Counted from the first letter of the stretch, positions 1 through 11,044 are shown. The stretch is 64,000 nucleotides of DNA from an uncultured delta proteobacterium (GCA_963847445.1 CAWJZV010000042.1:162726-226725), one strand, 5' to 3'. Program-made: numbers and translations. Notes: generated by a model from the letters alone, not told the origin.

Positions 1-390
1 GTGATCAAGCTCACCGACGGCGGTGTCGATAAATCTTTCGAGGCGATTGGCAATACGAAAACTGCCGATCAGATCATACAAGCGACCCGGCCGGGCGGCA
101 CGGCGACGATCATCGGCGGCTTGGGCAGCGGGCCGTTCACGATCAGCAGCGGCAACTTCGTCACCAAAGAAATCACCATCACCGGGGTGTCGAGCCGGCA
201 GGCCAACGATGTCGATGAAGTGTTTCAAATGGCCCGGCAGGGACGCATCGAGCTCAAGAGCTTGATCACCCAGAGCTATCGCTATGAGCAGATCAATGAG
301 GCGTTGCATGATCTGGAGCATGGGCAAACTGCGGATGGGGATTTCGCTTTGGAATTAGCGCGCCGCGTTCAAAAGTTCAAGGTCGGATGA
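1..390 (+). CDS. Zn-dependent alcohol dehydrogenase (MDR family), C-terminal part; 5' end outside window
   Basis: GGVDKSFEAIG...PGGTATIIG...LITQSYRYEQINEALHDL is a typical MDR C-terminus; the true end is probably near 358 after an indel. Confidence 0.75.
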   Translation: MIKLTDGGVDKSFEAIGNTKTADQIIQATRPGGTATIIGGLGSGPFTISSGNFVTKEITITGVSSRQANDVDEVFQMARQGRIELKSLITQSYRYEQINEALHDLEHGQTADGDFALELARRVQKFKVG

Positions 391-432
391 AGCGCGCGGT
401 TCCAATCGTTCAAAAGTTCAAGCGGTTCAAAT
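367..432. repeat. Short-period GTTCAA(N1-3) repeat
   Basis: cgttcaaaagttcaagg...aatcgttcaaaagttcaagcggttcaaa; the same unit recurs near 14960, 40668, 47116 and 57685. Confidence 0.7.
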
Positions 433-607
433 CGCTTCGGCTGTTCGGAGAGACAGCGTGGCACGAGCACTTCGTCATTGGAGCGCCGGCCGCACGCCAA
501 GCCGACGCAAGGAGTTGACGTGCCGAGCCAAGAAAAACGAAGGCGCTAACGGTTCAACAATTGGTCGATTTGCGCTACTTTCAATAAGCAATAACTGATT
601 TGGGGGA

Positions 608-1462
608 ATGATGAGGCACAAATGGAATGCCGGCGCATTGCTAGCGGCGGTGGTGTGGTGCATTGGCGCTGGGGTTCACGCGGCGGATGAAAAACCGATT
701 GACGTTATAGAGGACAATAGTTTTCTCATCGAAGAGGCCTACAACCAGGAGCCCGGCGTGGTGCAGCATATTTTCACCGCTGCCTACACGAAATCGGGTC
801 GAACTCATGGTTGGGAATTTAGCTTTACGCAAGAATGGCCGGTGTTTTCACAGGACCACCAGTTTTCTTATACGATTCCATCATTCCACCTGGTCGACGA
901 AGGGTCGCGGGTGTCGGGTGTGGGTGACATCCTGCTCAACTATCGATACCAGTTGCTATACGAGGGCGATGGTAAACCAGCCGTCGCGCCGCGCTTCAGT
1001 TTAATCTTGCCCACCGGCAATCGCAAAAAAGGCACAGGCAATAATGTGGTCGGTTATCAATTGAACTTGCCGGTCAGCAAAAAAATTACCGATAGCATTG
1101 CGCTCCATGGTAACGCCGGTGCGACGTTTTCACCCCATGTCAAAGCGCCGGTGGATATCAACGGGAACTCCGGTAAAAAATCTCTAACCTCAGCTAATCT
1201 TGGCGGCAGCGCGATTTACGCGTTGTTTCCGCGCTTTCATCTGATGCTGGAATGGGTCGGCATATTTGACCAAGATTTTAGCGATTCGGGTAAACGCCAG
1301 CGATCGTTTCTGTCGACGATGTCGCCGGGTTTTCGGACGGCGATCGTCAACCAGGACAAGTTGCAGATCGTCACCGGCGCGGCCATGCCGATCGGGCTCA
1401 ATCGCAAGACCGATAACCTCGGAGCGTTTCTTTATCTGTCGATCGAGCATAATTTGTTTTAG
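608..1462 (+). CDS. Probable outer-membrane beta-barrel transporter (MetA-pathway-of-phenol-degradation-like)
   Basis: Signal peptide, DNSFLIEEAYNQE start, GxGDI and LPTG motifs, amphipathic strands, C-terminal Phe. Confidence 0.6.
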   Translation: MMRHKWNAGALLAAVVWCIGAGVHAADEKPIDVIEDNSFLIEEAYNQEPGVVQHIFTAAYTKSGRTHGWEFSFTQEWPVFSQDHQFSYTIPSFHLVDEGSRVSGVGDILLNYRYQLLYEGDGKPAVAPRFSLILPTGNRKKGTGNNVVGYQLNLPVSKKITDSIALHGNAGATFSPHVKAPVDINGNSGKKSLTSANLGGSAIYALFPRFHLMLEWVGIFDQDFSDSGKRQRSFLSTMSPGFRTAIVNQDKLQIVTGAAMPIGLNRKTDNLGAFLYLSIEHNLF

Positions 1463-1725
1463 TGAGACCTCAGATTACCGAGTGCACGACGACGAACCGA
1501 AACTCGGCATATCTCCCGAAAGCACGAAAGGTCGCAATGAAGTCCGCGAAGAGTTTCGGCAATTTGGGAGACAAACTGATTCCGGAATACGATCAGTTCT
1601 GATGCGATTTTCGCCTGTAAACTAGCGCACTTTCGGATCACTTCGTGGGAAGACTTTCGATCATGCCTTAGTGATCCGAGGACTGGCAGGCCATGCCGGC
1701 GCTAGAATTTATCTGGGGGTGAAAC

Positions 1726-2817
1726 ATGAAGGGAATTATCGACGCCGATACGCATATTTCTGAAGGGGCAGCAATGTGGGCGCTGATGGATCAGGCGATG
1801 CAGCCGCGCCGGCCGATCATGTTGCAGGTTCCAGACGACACTTGGTACGGCAACCGCGACGCATTTTGGCTGATCGACGGGGAGATCTATCCCAAGCCGG
1901 CGGGCAAGGGGAGCTTCGCGTTGGTCACGCCATCGGAACAAAAGGTCCAAGCCGGGCGCAAAGACTCGACGCCGGCGACGCGCGAGATGACCGACATCAA
2001 AGGCCGGCTGGCCGACATGGACAAGCTCAACACGGCGATGCAGATCGTCTATCCGACCTTGTTTCTGGTCTACAACACCAAAGACAAAGAATTGGAAGTG
2101 GCGCTTTGCCGCGCTTACAACCGCTTTCTCGCTCAGGCCTGTGCACAATCCGGCGGCCTGATGAAGTGGGTGGTCGTGTTGCCGTTGCAATCGATGAATG
2201 TTGCCATCGATGAAATTCGCTTCGCCAAAGAGAACGGCGCGGTGGGGGTTTTCTTCCGCGGCATCGAAGGCGAATATACCCTCGACAGTCCGTATCTGTT
2301 TCCGGTCTACGAAGAAGCGCAAAAGCATAACCTGTCGATCTGCGTGCACACCGGCTGCGGCGTGAAGCAGGTGCTCGAGATGTTCGATCTGGCGCGCAAC
2401 CATACCTTCGGCCACACCCGTGTCATGCCGCTGTTGGCGTTTCGCGATCTGGTTGCCAACAAGATTCCCGAACAGTTTCCTAGCCTACGCTTCGGCTTCA
2501 TCGAAGCGGCCGCGGGTTGGGCGCCGTTTCTCATTCACATCATTCGCCGGGTGCTCAAAGAACGCTTTAAATACGCGAGCAGCGAAGAACTGTTCCGCGA
2601 GTACCGGCTCTACATCGCTTGCGAAGCGGACGAGGATATTCCGTATATCGCCAAGTGCACCGGCGAAGAGCATCTGCTGATCGGTTCGGACTATCCGCAC
2701 AACGATCCGTCCCGCGAAGACCAGTTCGTCAATGCGCTCAATGTCCGCGAAGATATCTCGCCGCAATTGCGGCAGAAGATCTTGTACGACAATCCGCGCG
2801 CGTTTTATGCGCTTTAG
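1726..2817 (+). CDS. Amidohydrolase_2 family protein (decarboxylase/hydratase-like)
   Basis: IIDADTH, VHTG, FGFIEAAAGW, LLIGSDYPH, ILYDNPRAFY motifs; intact ORF. Confidence 0.85.
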   Translation: MKGIIDADTHISEGAAMWALMDQAMQPRRPIMLQVPDDTWYGNRDAFWLIDGEIYPKPAGKGSFALVTPSEQKVQAGRKDSTPATREMTDIKGRLADMDKLNTAMQIVYPTLFLVYNTKDKELEVALCRAYNRFLAQACAQSGGLMKWVVVLPLQSMNVAIDEIRFAKENGAVGVFFRGIEGEYTLDSPYLFPVYEEAQKHNLSICVHTGCGVKQVLEMFDLARNHTFGHTRVMPLLAFRDLVANKIPEQFPSLRFGFIEAAAGWAPFLIHIIRRVLKERFKYASSEELFREYRLYIACEADEDIPYIAKCTGEEHLLIGSDYPHNDPSREDQFVNALNVREDISPQLRQKILYDNPRAFYAL

Positions 2818-2819
2818 AA

Positions 2820-2900
2820 GAATGGAGTGTTGGAGTAATGGAGGGGTGGAGTGATGGGTTTCCGACCCAATACTCCAATATTCCAGTACTCCATCACTCC
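2820..2900. repeat. Inverted pair of 8-nt-period repeats (TGGAGTRN / NYACTCCA)
   Basis: tggagtgttggagtaatggaggggtggagtgatggg followed by cccaatactccaatattccagtactccatcactcc. Confidence 0.8.
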
Positions 2901-2924
2901 GGGTGGCGGGCGGGCAAAAAGACA

Positions 2925-3904
2925 ATGAAATTGCGTCGCGTCTTTAAATTTAGTTTTGTCACGCTCGCTCTGCTGTGGGGCGCTACCGGCGGCGGGGCAG
3001 GAAGTTTTCATCGGCAATCCCGGCAAGAGCCTCAACTTTTTTCACTTCGATCTGGCCATCGAGCGCGGTTTTTTTCGCGAGCTTGGGCTCGACGTCAAAT
3101 TGCTCCATACCAAGTGCGATGTCGCAGTGACGGCGCTGCTCACCGGCGACTTGCAGGCGAGCGGCTGCGTCGGCACGGCGTCGCGGGTGATCGCCAGCCA
3201 AAACGTGCCGGTGCGCACGGTGATCTGGCTATTCAAGAAGCCGACGTTTTACGTCGTCGCCAAGCCGGAGATCAAAAGCGCCGCCGACCTGCGCGGCAAG
3301 ACCATCGGCATTAGCTCCTTCGGCAGCGACACCGATCTAGCGATGAAAGTCTTCGCCCAGAGCGGCAAACTCGACCCCGACAAAGATATCAAGCGCATCG
3401 TCGCCGGCTCGACGGCGACGCGCTTGCAAGGATTGAAAGCGGGATCGATGGACGCGACGACGCTTGTCGCCGCCGTTTAACATCTACGCCGAACAGATGG
3501 GGCTACGGGTGCTGGCTTACACGGGGGATTATCTGGAATTTCCCCAGAGCGGTTTCACCGTCGCCGACGCGACGCTCAAGAACAAGCGCGATTTGATCAA
3601 ACGCTTGCTGCGCGGCACCCTGCGCGGTTTGCAGTTCACGCTGAAAAATCGCGCCGACACCGTGCGCTTCATCGCCAAGGACTACAAGCTGCAAGAAGCG
3701 GTGGCCGATAAAGTCTATACATCGCTCTTGCCGGCGATGAGCGAGAACGGTTTGGCGACTGACAAGGGACTGAGGAACATGATCGAAACCCTCGGCACGG
3801 CGGTGGGCAAGAACGTCGACTTTCCGCCGGAGCGTTTGGTCGACTACACGTTGCTGAAAGAAGTGCAGAAGGAGTTGGGCAATCCAGTGAGGCGGTGCCT
3901 ATGA
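2925..3904 (+). CDS. NMT1/THI5/SsuA-type ABC substrate-binding protein (frameshifted near 2980 and 3465)
   Basis: Signal peptide; AIERGFFRELGLDV and DLRGKTIGISSFGS motifs; joined from ORFs 2956-3480 and 3464-3904. Confidence 0.8.
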
Positions 3905-4850
3905 AAAATATCTCAATGATGGTTTCCAGTCTGCTCGTGTCGCTCGCCATGGTGACGGCGGCAATGGGCGCGGAGACGCGCGCAAAAGATCCGCATCGCT
4001 TACGCGAGCCGGAGCAGTTCGGCGCTGCCGCAATACCTGGCTCGGGCAAAAGGGATACTTCAAAGCCGAAGGGCTCGACGTCGAGATGATTCAGATGAAT
4101 CCCCGGCTCGGCGCCACCGCCGTGGTCAACGGCGATGTTTCTTTCGCCACGCCGTTCACCAGCACGTTTCGCGGCGTTCTCCAGGGCTTTCCGATGAAGC
4201 TCGTCTTCGTCCATATCAAGAAAGGTCCGTATTACTTGATGGTGCGGCCGGAGATCAAGGACGTGCAGCAGCTCAAAGGCAAGAAGATTGGCGTGGCGAC
4301 GATCAAGGGCACGGACCAATTGGTGGCCGAAGAGATGTTGCAGGCTAAAGGTTTCAACATCAGCCAGATCCAGGCGGTCGCCATCGGCGATGGGCCGGTG
4401 CGCATGCAGGCGCTGATCAGCGGCGCCGTCGAAGCGGTTTGTTTGGCGCCGCCGCATGATCTGATGCTGCGCAAAATGGGCTACAACGCACTCCTCGGAC
4501 CGCCTGAAATCGGCCTTCCTTCCGCCGGGATGCTGACCTCGGACCGCCTGATCAAAGAGAATCCACAAATCGTCCGGCGCACGCTCAAGGCGCTCCTGCG
4601 CGCGCATTATCATATCGTCGAGAATCGCCAAGACGCGATCCAGACGCTGATCAAGTGGCTGCCCCAGCCTTTGGATGTCGCCGAACATTCCTATGATGCC
4701 GAGCTCAAGACGCTCAACCGCGACGGCACCATGACCGACGCCGAGATCGAAGCGATCATCGAGCGGGTTGGCGAAAAGAAGCGGCCGCTGGATGAAGTGC
4801 GAGATTTCTCTTTCGCGCGCGCGGCGCTGAAGGAGCTGGGAAGGCAATAG
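3901..4850 (+). CDS. NMT1/THI5/SsuA-type ABC substrate-binding protein (frameshifted in 5' part)
   Basis: Signal peptide from ATG 3901; QLKGKKIGVAT; joined with ORF 4086-4850. Confidence 0.8.
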
Positions 4851-4852
4851 CC

Positions 4853-4943
4853 CGGAGTAATGGAGTGATGGAGTACTGGAGGGTTGGGCCGGAATTCCGA
4901 AAACCCATCACTCCACCACTCCAATACCCCATCACTCCAATCC
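4853..4943. repeat. Inverted pair of 8-nt-period repeats between convergent genes
   Basis: ggagtaatggagtgatggagtactggagggttggg ... cccatcactccaccactccaataccccatcactccaa. Confidence 0.8.
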
Positions 4944-4945
4944 GC

Positions 4946-6085
4946 TCAGTGATTTCTATTCGTGTCATAGTTTTCGCCCAACTCTGATGCTCCGACAATC
5001 TGCGCGGCGATGTCATGGCGGCCGTGCATCATGTGCAGGTGCATGTCGCGGTAAAAACGTTCCAGCGGATGTTTGACGAATAGCGCCGTCGAGCCGCAGA
5101 TCTCCGCGGTGCTCCAGATGATTTTTTCCAGAGTCTCTTTGGCCATCCACTTGGCTTCGTGAGCGGCGACCATCGCGTCGTTGGGATTATTCTTAAACAT
5201 GCGGACGGCACTGTAGAGAATCAATCTTGCGGCGTCGAGCATGCTTTTAAGCTCGCCGAAGCGCAGCTGCCGGTAGCTGTCCTTGGCGCCGTTTCTTTCG
5301 CGAATATAGGCGAGCGCCCAGTCGTACATGGCGCGCGCTGAGCCGAGATAGTTCGCCGTGAACGCGAAGTTGATCTTGCCCATCCAGTTTTCGCCGAGAA
5401 ATTGCCCCGGCTGTCCCAGCAGATTTTCTTCCGGCACGAAGCAGTTTTCTAAGTATAACCATGGGCTGACGCAGGCGCGCATGCCGGTGGGGCGCCACGC
5501 TTCGGTGTCGATTTTCAAACCCGGCGTGTCTTTGTGCAGCATGAACATGATCGGCTTGGGATGGGAATCCGACGCGACCCGGCCGATCCAGAGCCACTCG
5601 GCCAGGCTCGCATTGGTGGCGTAGTGTTTGGTGCCGCTGACGAGATAGCCGCCGCTCACTTTTTTCGCGCTGGTCGGCGCCGCGCCGTAGGGTTCGGCGC
5701 CGGCGCCGGGGATCAGGGCGCCGCGTTCGAAGGTCGGCGCCAGCCATTTTTTCACCTGCTCATCGCTCGCCATGGCGTCGACCATCATCAGGCCGTTGTT
5801 GTGCACCTGAAAGCAGTGCGCCGTGGATGGATTGCCGTAGGCGAGGTGCTCGTCGATCAAGAAAAAACTCAGCGGATCGTCGCCGTATAGACCGAAGCCC
5901 AAGCCGCCGCGTTTCTTGTCGAGATTGGCGACTAGCCAGCCCTGGCGATGAAGATCTTGGATGTCTTCCACCGGCATGGCGAACTCGGCGTCATAGCCAG
6001 CCGCGCGCGGCGCGATGCGCTCTTTGACGAGCGCGTTAACGCGCTCGATCAGCTGTTGCTGTTCTTGAGTGAAGCCGAAGTCCAA
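4946..6085 (-). CDS. Acyl-CoA dehydrogenase family protein (possibly flavin monooxygenase subgroup)
   Basis: Probable TTG start at LDFGFTQEQQQL; GYLVSGTKHYATN, WRPTGMRA, PLERFYRD motifs. Confidence 0.85.
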   Translation of the reverse strand: MDFGFTQEQQQLIERVNALVKERIAPRAAGYDAEFAMPVEDIQDLHRQGWLVANLDKKRGGLGFGLYGDDPLSFFLIDEHLAYGNPSTAHCFQVHNNGLMMVDAMASDEQVKKWLAPTFERGALIPGAGAEPYGAAPTSAKKVSGGYLVSGTKHYATNASLAEWLWIGRVASDSHPKPIMFMLHKDTPGLKIDTEAWRPTGMRACVSPWLYLENCFVPEENLLGQPGQFLGENWMGKINFAFTANYLGSARAMYDWALAYIRERNGAKDSYRQLRFGELKSMLDAARLILYSAVRMFKNNPNDAMVAAHEAKWMAKETLEKIIWSTAEICGSTALFVKHPLERFYRDMHLHMMHGRHDIAAQIVGASELGENYDTNRNH

Positions 6086-6251
6086 TGGGTGGGTTTCCTG
6101 GTTGAATTTCAGTGCGGATCTGTGCACCACGAGGGACACGAAGTTCGAAGAATTGATTTTTCTTGCTCTGTGCACTTCGTACTACTATCCGTACGACTAT
6201 CCGTGATAGTTTGCGCGGCGTGCGCCAATTTCTCCATGCGCCAAATCCGAG

Positions 6252-6277
6252 AGGGCGGGTTTCAAACCCGCCCCTAC
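6252..6277 (-). repeat. GTAG-type REP palindrome
   Basis: Minus strand GTAGGGGCGGGTTTGAAACCCGCCCT: GTAG head plus hairpin. Confidence 0.7.
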
Positions 6278-6424
6278 AACTCCCGAGTCTTTTTTGCGCT
6301 CTTTGCGTTCTTTGCGGCCATTCTTCTTTCGGTTGCGGCTTCGCTGCGCTAGGTCCTTCGTGGGAAAAGTCTTTCTGTTTCCGGCACTGCCAATGAGAAA
6401 ACACACCGTAGCGTGGCTACGACA

Positions 6425-7411
6425 TTATTTGTAAAGTTCTTTGATGAACCCGGATTTCTCCAGGTCGGCGACGAATGAATTGTCGATGAACTGTTCCGGT
6501 TTGGCGGTTTTGGCGGCGGGATTGATCGCGAAGTTCAGCACCGTCTGCATTGCCGGGACGGATAAATAAGGCGCCGGCTCCCAAGCTTTCACATAGGTGT
6601 TGTAGGTTTCGTCGAGGTCTTCTTTGTTGTCAGTCTTGGTCCATTTGCCGATCACTTGCTTGGTGGTCTCCGGATCGGTGCGGGCGATCTTGGTGGCCTC
6701 GATATAGGCCTGGACGTAGCGGCGCACCTTGTCCGGATTGCTCTTGATGAACTCGCGGGTGGTCGCCAGACCGGCATGGATCATCGGAATATTCCGCGCC
6801 GTGATGTCGACCAGCTCCTTGAGTCCGGCTTGACGCGCTCTCAACGTCGTCGGCGCCGAGACGATGCCGGCGTCGATGCGGCCCTGGCTCAATGCGGTGA
6901 TCATGTCGGGCATGCCTTGGAGATGGGTAATCTGAATGTCTTTGCCCGGCTGCATGCCGGCTTGCTGGAGCAACATGCGTGCCGCCAAGTCGGTGGTCGA
7001 GCCAGGGAGCGTGACGCCGAGAATCTTGCCCTTTAGATCTGATAATTGTTTGAACTCCGGTTTGCTGTAGATCGACAGAACTGCACGATTGAGAATGCCG
7101 ATGATGAAAGCGATGCGCGCGCCGCCGAGGCCGGCTTCGACTAATTCAGTTGCCGGGTTGACGATATCGATGCTACCCGAGAGCAGCGCTTGAGTGCCGG
7201 TGGCCGAAAGCATGTACTTGAGATCCACCGCCAAGCCGTACTTGGTGAAGACGCCTTTGTCCTGGGCGATCCACAGCGGCGCAAAGGCGCCGCCAATGGA
7301 AGCATAGGTTGCCCGCAGCGGCATCAGTTCGGCGCTGCGAGCCACGGTGTTTGCCGATAGGACGGCGATCATGACGGCTAAGAAAAGACAACGGCTACGA
7401 CGAGAGCGCAT
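6425..7411 (-). CDS. NMT1/THI5/SsuA-type ABC substrate-binding protein
   Basis: Signal peptide, APLWIAQDKGVFTKYGL, DLKGKILGVT; intact. Confidence 0.85.
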   Translation of the reverse strand: MRSRRSRCLFLAVMIAVLSANTVARSAELMPLRATYASIGGAFAPLWIAQDKGVFTKYGLAVDLKYMLSATGTQALLSGSIDIVNPATELVEAGLGGARIAFIIGILNRAVLSIYSKPEFKQLSDLKGKILGVTLPGSTTDLAARMLLQQAGMQPGKDIQITHLQGMPDMITALSQGRIDAGIVSAPTTLRARQAGLKELVDITARNIPMIHAGLATTREFIKSNPDKVRRYVQAYIEATKIARTDPETTKQVIGKWTKTDNKEDLDETYNTYVKAWEPAPYLSVPAMQTVLNFAINPAAKTAKPEQFIDNSFVADLEKSGFIKELYK

Positions 7412-7561
7412 CGGAATTCCCCCTCAGAAAAAGTTTAAGCAGATATATTAAAAAATCCCGGGTTGCGCTAGGGGCGGCGATAACATGGTTTCGAGCGCTA
7501 TCTCTTTCCGGGCTGCTTATGGTAGGACGGAATTCGGTAAGCGAAATAATAGGAGGGATCG

Positions 7562-8522
7562 ATGGCCGGTAATTTCTTGCGGGCTTTATGTACGATCCTG
7601 ATCGGTGGGTCGGTGTTGGCGGGCGCGCCGGTGCGAGCGGCGGATGCGCCGCAGAAAATTCGCTTCGTCCACGCCAGCCGAAGCAACTCGATGGCGCCCA
7701 AGCTGATCGCCCAGTCCAAAGGTTTCTTCAGAGCCGAAGGTCTGGAGACCGAGATGATTCAGATGAATCCGCGCTTGGCCGCTACCGCGCTCGTGAGCGG
7801 CGAAGCGGCGTTCGCCGACGCTTTTACCAGTGTCTTTCGCGGCATTCTGCAGGGTTTCCCGATCAAGATCGTCTTCGTGCATCAGAAAAAGGGGCCGTAC
7901 TTTTTACTGGCGCGGCCGGAGTTCAAAGGCGTCCAGCAGTTGAAGGGCAAGAAGCTGGGTGTGGCGACGCTGCGTGGTTCGGATCATTTGGTGGCGGAGG
8001 AGTTACTGCAATCGAAAGGCTTCAATCCAAGCTTGATTCAGGTTCTCGCCGTCGGCGATGCGGCGACGCGCTTTCAATCCCTCAGCAGCGGCGTTGTCGA
8101 TGTGATCGCGGTGGGCACGCCCCATGATCTCATGCTGCGCCAGAAAGGGTTCTCCGTGCTCGCCGGGCCGCCGGAAGTCGGTTTGCCCGGCGCCTGTGTA
8201 TTCACGCCGGAAACGTTTCTCCGTGAAAACCCGCAGACGGTGCGAAAAACTTTGAATGCGCTGTTGCGCGCGCATCAATATATTCTCGAAAACCGCCAGG
8301 AGACCATCCAAGCGCTGCTGCAATGGCTGCCGCAGACGCCGGAAGTGGCGGCCCATTCCTACGATTTCGAATTGAAAACGATGACCAAGAGACGGTTTGA
8401 TGAGCGATGCCGAACTCGAAGCTGTGATGGTCAAGTTGGGCGATAAGAAGCGGCCCATCGACGAAGTGCGGGATTTCTCCCTGGCGCGCCAGGCGATGAA
8501 AGAGTTGGAAGCGGGGAAATAG
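7562..8522 (+). CDS. NMT1/THI5/SsuA-type ABC substrate-binding protein, close paralog of 3901-4850 (frameshift near 8390)
   Basis: Shares MIQMNPRL, FRGxLQGFP, KKGPY, HDLMLR, GPPExGLP, WLPQ and KKRPxDEVRDFS blocks with the paralog. Confidence 0.85.
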
Positions 8523-8540
8523 CCGCGCTACCGCGCGGTG

Positions 8541-8618
8541 GTTAGGGGTGAGGGGGTAAAGGGTAAGGGGTTCGGAGTCGGGGTGGACGCCTAACGCCTC
8601 ACCCCTGACGCCTTACGT
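8541..8618. repeat. Inverted pair of ~7-nt-period repeats between convergent genes
   Basis: ttaggggtgagggggtaaagggtaagggg ... acgcctaacgcctcacccctgacgccttacg. Confidence 0.7.
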
Positions 8619-8626
8619 TTTTTTGA

Positions 8627-9034
8627 CTATTGTCGCGCGCCGAAAGTGTTCTGCTGAATCATCCAATCTTTTTGCGGCGACAGGTCGACGCGTTTGTTGT
8701 CGATGTTCTGATCCTTGGCGGTGACGCGGAGCACTTCCAGCGCTTCGCTCGAGGCGCTTTCGAACCAGTACTTAAAGCCGCGCGGCACCAAGAGGCCTTC
8801 GCCCTTTTGATATTCGCCGATGACCTTGTCGCCTTCGCCGTAGAATCGCACCGCGCCGCTGACGACATACCAGAAGGCATCCTCGCCGGTGTGGGTGTGC
8901 AGATTATTCTCGCCGCCGTCTTTGACCACCTGGACTTGAACCTTCATCAAATCGCTGTTGCAAACCTGCCAGGTTTTCTTTGGGCCCTCGAACTCGGGGG
9001 TCTTATGTCGAAACTCTTTTGTCTCCTGTGCCAT
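8627..9034 (-). CDS. Cupin domain protein
   Basis: GGENNLHTHTGEDAFWYVVSG and LLVPRGFKYWF cupin motifs; SD-like GAGG upstream. Confidence 0.85.
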   Translation of the reverse strand: MAQETKEFRHKTPEFEGPKKTWQVCNSDLMKVQVQVVKDGGENNLHTHTGEDAFWYVVSGAVRFYGEGDKVIGEYQKGEGLLVPRGFKYWFESASSEALEVLRVTAKDQNIDNKRVDLSPQKDWMIQQNTFGARQ

Positions 9035-9176
9035 GGGTCACCTCGTTTTGAAGATTTGCTCCACCATAATCCCGATTGGGGACGGCGGTCAAGGCGGCCA
9101 GCGATTGAAAATAATCTCCAGCCGTTGACGGTTTATTGTCGGGTATATTATTTATGCCGTCATTGAAGTGAATCCG

Positions 9177-9450
9177 ATGAGTCGATGCAAAGTTTCGTTG
9201 CTGGCGATTTATCTGTTCTGGCTGTGGCCGGCCTTAGCCGCGGCGCAGAATCTGCCGCTGCTCAATATGGGTTACAGCGGCGCGGGCATCGGCTCGGATT
9301 TGCTGAAAGTCATCGAGCGCGCCGGTTTGTGGCGCAGGCATGGCATCGACGTGCGGACGATCTATCTGTCGAGCGGATCTTTGATGGCGCAGACGATGTC
9401 GTCGGGCGACATCGGCGTCGCCGGCTTCGATACTCCGGCGATGGTGAACG
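9177..9450 (+). pseudogene. 3'-truncated NMT1/THI5-type binding protein (signal peptide plus about 70 aa)
   Basis: ERAGLWRRHGIDVRTIYLSSGSLMAQTMSSGDI then homology stops and the frame runs into a palindromic repeat. Confidence 0.6.
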
Positions 9451-9498
9451 TAACCTCGTTTGGTGCAATATCTTTAGGCGGCTCGAGTCCCACTCTAC

Positions 9499-9580
9499 GT
9501 CATGCCCGCGAAAGCGGGCATCCAGGTTCATTCCGGGATGATAGAGAAAACAACTGGATTCCCGCCTGCGCGGGAATGAC
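9499..9580. repeat. Inverted pair of GTCAT-CCCGC-N4-GCGGG-ATCCAG palindromes (dRS3/REP-like)
   Basis: gtcatgcccgcgaaagcgggcatccag ... ctggattcccgcctgcgcgggaatgac. Confidence 0.75.
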
Positions 9581-9622
9581 GAATAAGAAGATCGATCGTC
9601 GAAAAGGCACAACAGGTAAATA

Positions 9623-10978
9623 ATGAATGACTTAGTTATCACAAATGCGCTGATCATTCCGATGAACGAAGAGCGTCAATTCTTCAACGGCTATGTGCGC
9701 GTGCGTGACGGTGCGATTGCCGAGGTGGGTGCCGGCGCGCCACCGGAAACGGCCAAGAACGAGGAGATGCTTGACGGCTCGGGCTGTGTGCTCATGCCTG
9801 GCCTGGTCAATGCTCATACCCATCTCTATCAAGTCTTGCTGCGCGCGGTGTGGGAAGACCTGGAGTTGATGCCGTGGCTGAAGCGCATCTACGGCTGCGC
9901 CCGGGTGCTTACTCCGGAGCATTTCTACACGGGAAGTCTGCTCGGTTGCTTGGAATCGATCCGCGGCGGCGTGACCACTGTCTGCGAGCATAATTTTCTC
10001 AATCCCAGTCCCGAGTGTGCGCTGGAGACGATCCGGGCGATGCGCGATGCAGGTTTACGTTCGGTGTTTGCCCGGACGATTATGGATACCGGGGAGATCG
10101 TGCCGGAGTGTACCAAGGAAACGCCGGAACAGGCGTTTCGTCTCATCGAAGCGCTTCTCGCGCGGCATAAAAATTCTCAGCAGCTCACTTTCATGACCGG
10201 GCCGAACACGCCGCCGATCAACACGACGCCCGATCTGCTCCGTGAAGTGCGCCGCTTCGCCGATGCCAATTCCCTTGGCATCAGCGCCCATGTCGCCGAG
10301 TCGCACTCGGTGGTTGAAGCGGTGCGCCGGCAGCATGGCAAGAGCGGCGTTGTCGAATTTTTGCATCAATTCGGCATTCCAGCCAAGAATTCGATCTTCG
10401 CCCATTCGGTGCATGTTTCCCAGGATGAAATTCGGCATTCTCAAAGAAACCGGCTCGTCGGTGTCGCATAATCCGGTGAGCAACATGATGTTAGGCGATG
10501 GCGTGGCGCCGGTGGTGGAAATGCTGCGCCAAGGCGTCAACGTCGCCCTCGGCACCGACGGCGCGGCGAGCAACCATTCACAGGATCTGTTCGATACGAT
10601 GAAGGCGGCGTCGCTGTTGCAGAAGGTTCAGCACCAAGATGCCGGCGTGATCAAACCGTACGATGTTCTCGCGCATGGCGACCATCGGCGGCGCCAGGGC
10701 GTTAGGTTTAGACTCGCTCTGCGGCACCATCGAGGTCGGCAAGCGCGCGGATCTGATTCTTGTCGACATCGACACCGCGCATAACCAGCCGATAAACGAT
10801 ATCTTCAGCCAGATCGTCCACTGCGCCAAAGCCAGCGATGTCCGGACGGTGATGATCGACGGCGTGATCGTCATGCGCGACCGCCAGCTCGCGGGCCTCG
10901 ATGATAAGAAGATATTGGCCGACGCCAAAGCTCGCCAACCGCGATTTGCTGGAGCGGGTGAGCGGCTTGGCGTTCTAA
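9623..10978 (+). CDS. Amidohydrolase, MTA/SAH deaminase (MtaD/SsnA/AtzA)-like (three indels)
   Basis: MPGLVNAHTH, SAHVAE, FAHSVH, SHNPVSN, ALGTDGAASN, ATIGGARALG, GKRADL motifs across three frames. Confidence 0.85.
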
Positions 10979-11044
10979 ACTATGCGCCTGGATTGCGGCT
11001 ATCCGCGTCGCAGTCATCGTTGGCCACGGAAGCTCGGAACGGAG

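Noticed and set aside
2820-4943. CRISPR array or terminal repeats of a mobile element
   Set aside because: Units are 8-nt degenerate tandem copies with no unique spacers, no cas genes and no transposase
6086-6175. N-terminal extension of the acyl-CoA dehydrogenase (similar extensions at 59066-59122 and 60503-60637)
   Set aside because: The extensions run through repeat or intergenic sequence; family homology starts at the downstream start codon
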